In this document: one piece after another, positions 58,738-64,000 of the stretch | How positions within the stretch are numbered: the first letter of the stretch is position 1 | Layout: every line of letters begins with the position of its first letter | From: a virus | Taxonomy: Duplodnaviria; Caudoviricetes | Direction: 5' to 3' (one strand) | IMG/VR virus record: IMGVR_UViG_3300037067_021792 | Length of the DNA stretch: 64,000 bases | Notes under the pieces: generated by a model | What the model saw: only the letters and a program-made list of their open reading frames with translations | The model's database searches: none | What the model was told of the DNA's origin: nothing | Program-made: the position numbers and the translations under genes

Positions 58738-60446
58738 AAGTGGCGATGTGTCAAGTTAATCCCACCATTGGAGACTTATCTGGTAATCTGAGGATTATGT
58801 CTCAGTCTATTGAATCTGTTTTACAACATGATGTAAGTGTGATATTATTTCCGGAAATGGCAACCACAGGTTATCCCCCGCGTGATCTTTTATATCGTGA
58901 AGATATGTGGGATCAGCAATCTGTGATTGCCGATGAGATTCAGGGTATTTTAAGGCGATCTCAAAAACAAGTAACTGCCATTTATGGTGGTATTGATAAA
59001 GTAAGACTTTCAAATGGGCGATATGCTCGATATAATGCTGCTTATATTGTAGACCCAGATCAAATCAGAGTTATTCACAAAAGGCTGCTCCCTTGCTACG
59101 ACGTGTTTGATGAAACTCGATATTTTGTCCCCGAAACTGGACCATTAACACCTATTAAGTTAGTTGGAGTTGAAGGCAATTGTGATATTCTTATCTGTGA
59201 GGATATTTGGAATCATAATTTTCAAGGGGTTACTTGGCAATCTCCAGCACCATATAACATCGATCCAGTATCTGAATTGAAAGGCACTGGGCCATTGTTT
59301 GTTTTGAACGCCTCGCCTTTCTGGCGGGGAAAGATCAAAACCACAATTGATCTTTTGCAATCAGTGCAGTCCAAAATTAAACGACCTGTTCTTTGGTGTA
59401 ATCAGGTTGGTGCCCACGACGATATTGTAACTGGCGGGTATTCTATGGCAGTGGGCCAAAACGGACTTTATATGTTGAAGCCATTTGCTGAAGACATGAT
59501 AATTGTTAATGTCATGGATAACAAGAATGTTGTATGTCACCCCATTGATATCGGTTTCCGTTTTCCGTCTTTCGGAAAACAAATTGAATTTCAGGAACAT
59601 TTTGAGGAGTGGTGTGTATATCAGTCCCTAAAGCTACATCTTTCTGATTACTGTCGCCGCACTGGCTTTAAGGATGTAGTTCTTGGTTTGTCTGGCGGTA
59701 TTGACAGTGCATTAGTTGCCACGATTGCGGCCGATGTATTAGGCAGTGAACACGTATATGCCATTACTATGCCATCAAAATATTCATCAGAGGGTAGTAT
59801 TAAGGATTCTGAGAAACTTGCAAAAAATTTACACATCCGGTTATTCAACCAGCCAATAGGTGAAATACATCAATCATTTTTGGATTCATGCCTAAGCGGT
59901 GGAATACAAAAATTTAATAATCCTCTTACCGATGAGAATATACAGCCGAGAATAAGAATGATACTCCTAATGGCGTGGAGCAATGATCACAAGGCATTGC
60001 TTTTGACTACAGGCAACAAGTCAGAAATATCGATGGGATATTCTACATTATACGGCGATATGGCAGGTGGTGTAGCACCAATTAGCGATTTATGGAAAAC
60101 AGAAGTGTATAGTCTATGCCGATTCATTAATTATTATCGCGGAGAAATTATACCTCAACAAATTATTGATAAACCTCCATCGGCAGAATTGAGACCCGAC
60201 CAAAAAGACACTGATAGCCTACCGCCATATGAAATTTTAGATCCTATCTTAGAATCTATAATTAGTAATGAACCAATAGAGAAAACGTATGAAATTGCAA
60301 ATGGTGCGAATGTAAATAAGATTTTGCATCAGTATACCATATCAGAATTCAAAAGACAACAATTGCCGATAGGTCCAAAAGTATCTCTAGTATCTTACGG
60401 TAGTGGTAGAAGAATACCAATTGCAGCGAAAGTGACAACAATTTGA
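58734..60446 (+). CDS. nadE: Glutamine-dependent NAD+ synthetase
   Basis: Nitrilase triad FPEM/HKRLLP/ICED; LSGGIDS, ENIQPRIR, TGNKSE, PPSAELRPDQKD. Confidence 0.95.
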   Translation: MKVAMCQVNPTIGDLSGNLRIMSQSIESVLQHDVSVILFPEMATTGYPPRDLLYREDMWDQQSVIADEIQGILRRSQKQVTAIYGGIDKVRLSNGRYARYNAAYIVDPDQIRVIHKRLLPCYDVFDETRYFVPETGPLTPIKLVGVEGNCDILICEDIWNHNFQGVTWQSPAPYNIDPVSELKGTGPLFVLNASPFWRGKIKTTIDLLQSVQSKIKRPVLWCNQVGAHDDIVTGGYSMAVGQNGLYMLKPFAEDMIIVNVMDNKNVVCHPIDIGFRFPSFGKQIEFQEHFEEWCVYQSLKLHLSDYCRRTGFKDVVLGLSGGIDSALVATIAADVLGSEHVYAITMPSKYSSEGSIKDSEKLAKNLHIRLFNQPIGEIHQSFLDSCLSGGIQKFNNPLTDENIQPRIRMILLMAWSNDHKALLLTTGNKSEISMGYSTLYGDMAGGVAPISDLWKTEVYSLCRFINYYRGEIIPQQIIDKPPSAELRPDQKDTDSLPPYEILDPILESIISNEPIEKTYEIANGANVNKILHQYTISEFKRQQLPIGPKVSLVSYGSGRRIPIAAKVTTI

Positions 60447-60465
60447 AAGAATTGGAGAATAAAGC

Positions 60466-61071
60466 GTGAATCCTATTATTGGCATTTGTGGCGGAATAGG
60501 CTCCGGCAAATCTCATGTTGCATTACTTTTTGAATCATTGGGATGTGCTGTTTTTAATGCAGATCAGGAGGCGCATAATTGTTTGTCTGGGGATCGGGAA
60601 GTTATAGAACAAATTCAACAGAAATTGGGATATGAATGCTATCCATCTATGGGCTTTGGGTGGCCACAGCCGGATCACAAAAAGATAGCCGAAGTAGTTT
60701 TTGGTTCTCCGGAAAAACTTAAGATTCTTGAATCGATAGTAATACCGCAAGTTATAGACCGATGTTTGCATTTTATATGTAAATATCGCAGTAAGCATCC
60801 CATAGTATTAGATGCGCCATTACTATTTGAGAGAAACATTCACGGATTATGCGATACAATTGTTTTTGTTTCTGCATCTTTTGAAACTCGATGTAAGAGA
60901 GTAGAAAAACGGGGATGGTCCAAACAATACTTGTCATTTCGAGAATCGTTTCAGATTCTTCCTGCCGTGAAACAACAATTGTCGAATTATATCATTAATA
61001 GCGAGGATGGCTCTGATTTAGTGGAACAGGTCTCGGCAACGATGAATAAAATTTTGGAGAAATACCTTTGA
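60466..61071 (+). CDS. coaE: Dephospho-CoA kinase
   Basis: [26 protein letters not shown]. Confidence 0.88.
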   Translation: MNPIIGICGGIGSGKSHVALLFESLGCAVFNADQEAHNCLSGDREVIEQIQQKLGYECYPSMGFGWPQPDHKKIAEVVFGSPEKLKILESIVIPQVIDRCLHFICKYRSKHPIVLDAPLLFERNIHGLCDTIVFVSASFETRCKRVEKRGWSKQYLSFRESFQILPAVKQQLSNYIINSEDGSDLVEQVSATMNKILEKYL

Positions 61072-61262
61072 AAGCAGCGTTTTGTGGCTCATTTGATCCA
61101 ATTACGTTAGGGCATATCGATATTATAGAGCGAGCATCTAGAATGTTTGATTTTCTTTTGATTGGTATAGGACAAAATACTGTGCCATGTCGGCTGGTTT
61201 CGCTGGTTTCGCTGGTTTCGCTGGTTTCGTCAAACCGGGGGCAAGTTTTTGATTTGGCTTGA
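61068..61262 (+). pseudogene. coaD: Truncated phosphopantetheine adenylyltransferase
   Basis: [28 protein letters not shown], then similarity is lost at a tandem repeat. Confidence 0.8.
61193..61229 (+). repeat. 9-bp tandem repeat GCTGGTTTC x4
   Basis: Direct reading. Confidence 0.92.
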
Positions 61263-61286
61263 CATCTCAAAATCTTGGAGTATACT
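61259..61286 (+). promoter_or_regulatory. sigma70-type promoter
   Basis: TTGACA-16-TATACT; ATG 7 nt later, possibly a leaderless mRNA. Confidence 0.75.
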
Positions 61287-61292
61287 TAACAT

Positions 61293-61754
61293 ATGAGAGC
61301 AGTTCTGAGTAAAGCGCATTACAGTCGGCCACTTGACCGTCCACATAGAATACGTTTATGCGATTACGAATATCAATTTTGTTCCCTATCTACTCTCACT
61401 AAGGACGAGTGGCGTTTTATTCATAAGTATATGAGTTTTCCTGGTGGTGGCATACGATACTGGAGAAACAGTCGTCAGCGTGGTATGCGTATGGCATTAT
61501 TGTATTATGATAGGCATTTAATTGCTTGGTGTGCAATTGACACTGAATATTCAGGTGCCCTTGGAGCATTGTCAAAAAATCCAGGTGTAACTTGTTGGGT
61601 TTTAGATTCGTGGAGAAACAAAGGTATAGCAACAAGAATCATCGATGCTGCATTAAAAAGATACAGAATTCAGGGAAAAGTCGATGTGTATAATCGGAAA
61701 ATGAAACATATTTGTAGTAAACTTGGGCACAATCCAGAAAACATTTGGAATTAG
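61293..61754 (+). CDS. GNAT acetyltransferase
   Basis: LIAWC..CWV..WRNKGIATRII acetyl-CoA motif. Confidence 0.7.
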   Translation: MRAVLSKAHYSRPLDRPHRIRLCDYEYQFCSLSTLTKDEWRFIHKYMSFPGGGIRYWRNSRQRGMRMALLYYDRHLIAWCAIDTEYSGALGALSKNPGVTCWVLDSWRNKGIATRIIDAALKRYRIQGKVDVYNRKMKHICSKLGHNPENIWN

Positions 61755-61765
61755 GAGGTGTCATT

Positions 61766-62452
61766 TTGCTTCGGACAAAATTTTACAAAATCACAAATGA
61801 AACCGAAACACACAATGGCTTGAAATATAAGACAGGATTAAACAGAGACCCCTTGCCTTTCCATCCTCATGGAGATTGTACTCCAGGTGGAATCTACTTT
61901 ACTGATGCCAAGAATATCTTATATTTCCTTGACTATGGTCCCTGGATTAGAGAGGTTACACTACCCAAAGATGCTCAAGTTTATAAAAATCCTGGCACCC
62001 CTCTAAAATGGAAAGCAGATAAAGTTAAGTTAGGACCACGTCATAAGTGGTGCAGCTTGGCGATTGTTAAGAAACTTATTAAAAAAGGTGCGGATATACA
62101 CATCGATGATGATTATGTTTTGAGATTGGCTGCTTGTAATGGTCATCTAGATGCGGTTAAATATCTCGTTAAAAATGGAGCTGATATACATGTTAGGAAT
62201 GATTATGCTTTAGGATGGGCTTCCAACAATGGTCATCTAGATATAGTTAAATACTTGCTTAAAAACGGTGCTAATATACACTCTGGGGGTGATTATGCCT
62301 TGAGATTGGCTGCTGAAAATGGCCATCTAAGTGTAGTGAAATACTTGGTTAAAAACGGCGCTAATATACACGCCGGGGATGATTGTGCTTTGAGATGGGC
62401 TGCTAGAAATGGCCATCTAGATGTGGTTAAATTCCTGGAGGATAACAAATGA
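61766..62452 (+). CDS. N-domain + ankyrin-repeat protein, copy 3 (four 30-aa units)
   Basis: Paralog; AGGAGG RBS; stop overlaps the pncB start. Confidence 0.9.
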   Translation: MLRTKFYKITNETETHNGLKYKTGLNRDPLPFHPHGDCTPGGIYFTDAKNILYFLDYGPWIREVTLPKDAQVYKNPGTPLKWKADKVKLGPRHKWCSLAIVKKLIKKGADIHIDDDYVLRLAACNGHLDAVKYLVKNGADIHVRNDYALGWASNNGHLDIVKYLLKNGANIHSGGDYALRLAAENGHLSVVKYLVKNGANIHAGDDCALRWAARNGHLDVVKFLEDNK

Positions 62453-63600
62453 TAATCAATTCTTTGTTAGACAACGACCTTTACAAATTTTGCATGGGTC
62501 AATGCGTTTTCTTCGGAAAATATGATGGAGTATCATTCCAAAACGTTGATGTCGAATACGAATTTATTAATAGGGGTGATACGCAATTTCCAGATGGGTT
62601 TGCGAGAAGTCTGGAAGACGAAATCGTTGGCTTGCACTGTCTGCGGTTAAATTCCGATGAGGCGGATTACCTTCGCAATATTCGGTTTATGAAACGTGCC
62701 TACGTAGATTTCTTGAGTTCTTACTCTTTTGATTCTAGTGAAGTAAAAGTATGCCAATCAGGCGGGGATTTAAAGGTTACAATATCTGGTCCCTGGTATC
62801 GCACTATTTTCTGGGAAGTCCCCCTGATGGCGATTATCAGTGAGTTGTATTATAAAATAGCCGGTGTTTCTCCCAAGTTCGACTATATACTGAAAACTAA
62901 GGAAAAAGCATTTACACTATCCAATGCGGGATGTAAATTTTCTGATTTTGGCACCCGCCGAAGATTTTCGATGGAAGTTCATGATGACATAGTTGATATA
63001 TTCCGGTATCTAGCCGTAGGAACCAGTAACGTTTATTTAGCCAAGAAATATGAAATGACTCCAATTGGGACTATGGCTCATGAAATGTTTATGGCTATCG
63101 CAGCTTTGTTTGGATACAAGAGAGCAAATCAGATTGTACTTGATTTGTGGAATGAAGAGTTTAATGGCGATTTGGGAATTGCCCTGTCGGATACGTTTAC
63201 TAGCGATGTGTTTTTTGAACAATTTAATATGAGAAACTCCAAGCTTTTCGACGGAGTTAGACAGGATTCTGGCGATCCGATTCAATTCGCCCAAAAGACA
63301 ATTAATCATTATCAAAAAATGCGAATTAATCCCATAAGCAAAACCATCATTTTCAGCGATTCACTAGATGTCAATAAAGCAATTCAAATTGCAGATTTCT
63401 GTAAAGGCAAAATTCAGTGTGCCTTTGGTATTGGAACTCACATGACGAATGATGTCGGGCATAAACCGCTAAATATGGTAATCAAAATGTCTAAATGCAA
63501 TGGTAAATCGACCGTAAAACTATCAGATACACCAGGTAAACACACTGGCGATCCTAATGAGATTGTGAAGTGTGAACAAGAGCTTGGAATCGAGGAGTGA
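62449..63600 (+). CDS. pncB: Nicotinate phosphoribosyltransferase
   Basis: SLLDNDLYKF.M, DFGTRRR, GTSNV, GTMAHE, RQDSGD, FGIGT, KLSD. Confidence 0.95.
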   Translation: MIINSLLDNDLYKFCMGQCVFFGKYDGVSFQNVDVEYEFINRGDTQFPDGFARSLEDEIVGLHCLRLNSDEADYLRNIRFMKRAYVDFLSSYSFDSSEVKVCQSGGDLKVTISGPWYRTIFWEVPLMAIISELYYKIAGVSPKFDYILKTKEKAFTLSNAGCKFSDFGTRRRFSMEVHDDIVDIFRYLAVGTSNVYLAKKYEMTPIGTMAHEMFMAIAALFGYKRANQIVLDLWNEEFNGDLGIALSDTFTSDVFFEQFNMRNSKLFDGVRQDSGDPIQFAQKTINHYQKMRINPISKTIIFSDSLDVNKAIQIADFCKGKIQCAFGIGTHMTNDVGHKPLNMVIKMSKCNGKSTVKLSDTPGKHTGDPNEIVKCEQELGIEE

Positions 63601-63603
63601 GTA

Positions 63604-63783
63604 ATGCTAATTAAAGTAGAACTAGAAGGTGGAAAGACTGTGCTTTTAAATGACAGTCAAGTATGCTCTGTGGTAGCATATTCCCCGGACAATATTGGTT
63701 GTATTGTTCGTATGTCTAATGGAGATGAATATCTTGTTTTAAAGCCAACATACAAACAGTGGGAAAATGATACTTTCGTGTGA
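63604..63783 (+). CDS. Small hypothetical protein
   Basis: MLIKVELEGGKTVLLNDSQV...; GAGGAG RBS. Confidence 0.55.
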   Translation: MLIKVELEGGKTVLLNDSQVCSVVAYSPDNIGCIVRMSNGDEYLVLKPTYKQWENDTFV

Positions 63784-63825
63784 TTCTAGGTTGAAATCTT
63801 GCCGCTTAATTTCATGGAGCAAACA

Positions 63826-64000
63826 ATGACTTACTACAAAATCACAAATGAAACCGAAACACATCACGGTCTTAAATACAAAACAGGATTAAACGTAGAC
63901 CCTGTTGCTTTTAACCCTCACGGAGATTGTGAGCCAGGTGGCATTTATTACACTGATGCTAGAAATATCTTTCATTTCCTCAACTATGGTCCCTGGATTA
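63826..64000 (+). CDS. N-domain (+ presumably ankyrin) protein, copy 4, truncated by window edge
   Basis: MTYYKITNETETHHGLKYKTGLNVDP...GGIYYTDARNIFHFLNYGPWI. Confidence 0.88.
   Translation, partial: MTYYKITNETETHHGLKYKTGLNVDPVAFNPHGDCEPGGIYYTDARNIFHFLNYGPWI

Noticed and set aside
61193-61229. Short repeats here and at 48852 and about 29000 as CRISPR arrays
   Set aside because: Head-to-tail 9-15-bp units with no spacers and no cas genes
42247-64000. Ankyrin paralogs as template/variable repeats of a diversity-generating retroelement
   Set aside because: No reverse transcriptase in the window, all copies are coding, and differences are not adenine-specific
1-64000. Genome-wide TAG recoding implied by the amber tRNA
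   Set aside because: Conserved genes are uninterrupted in code 11 and several ORFs end plausibly at TAG
1-64000. Ordinary bacterial chromosome, or giant eukaryotic virus because of the ankyrin genes
   Set aside because: Housekeeping homologs are scattered among phage-type small ORFs with a tail-fibre-like gene, and signals are bacterial (Shine-Dalgarno, sigma70 promoters); not fully excluded because no capsid or terminase is in the window

Overview
AT-rich, gene-dense, mostly + strand segment that reads as part of a jumbo/huge phage genome: many short hypothetical ORFs behind consensus promoters, no ribosomal genes, and a 1644-aa tail-fibre-like protein. DnaK and GroEL look planctomycete-like, so a Planctomycetota host is a tentative inference. 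The window carries a dNMP kinase, DnaK, GroES/GroEL, Hsp20, an AAA+ ATPase, a ClpS-like protein, bacterial-type clamp and clamp-loader genes (dnaN, dnaX, holA), a sigmaH-like sigma factor, RuvC and glycan-modifying enzymes. The right half (about 37.9-64 kb) is an NAD/ADP-ribose-centred region with all four enzymes of a deamidating NAD salvage route (pncA, pncB, nadD, nadE), a WGR-PARP, a macrodomain and a Tad2-like protein. Four mosaic paralogs of an N-domain + variable ankyrin-repeat gene are interspersed among them. Other notable items are an amber (CUA) tRNA with tRNA-Pyl-like architecture, a duplicated PARP 3' end flanking a homing-endonuclease-like remnant that holds a roughly 1.27-kb GC-rich foreign segment, a TnpB-only IS200/IS605 element interrupting a gene, and two distinct promoter classes. 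All calls come from reading motifs by eye; no searches were run.
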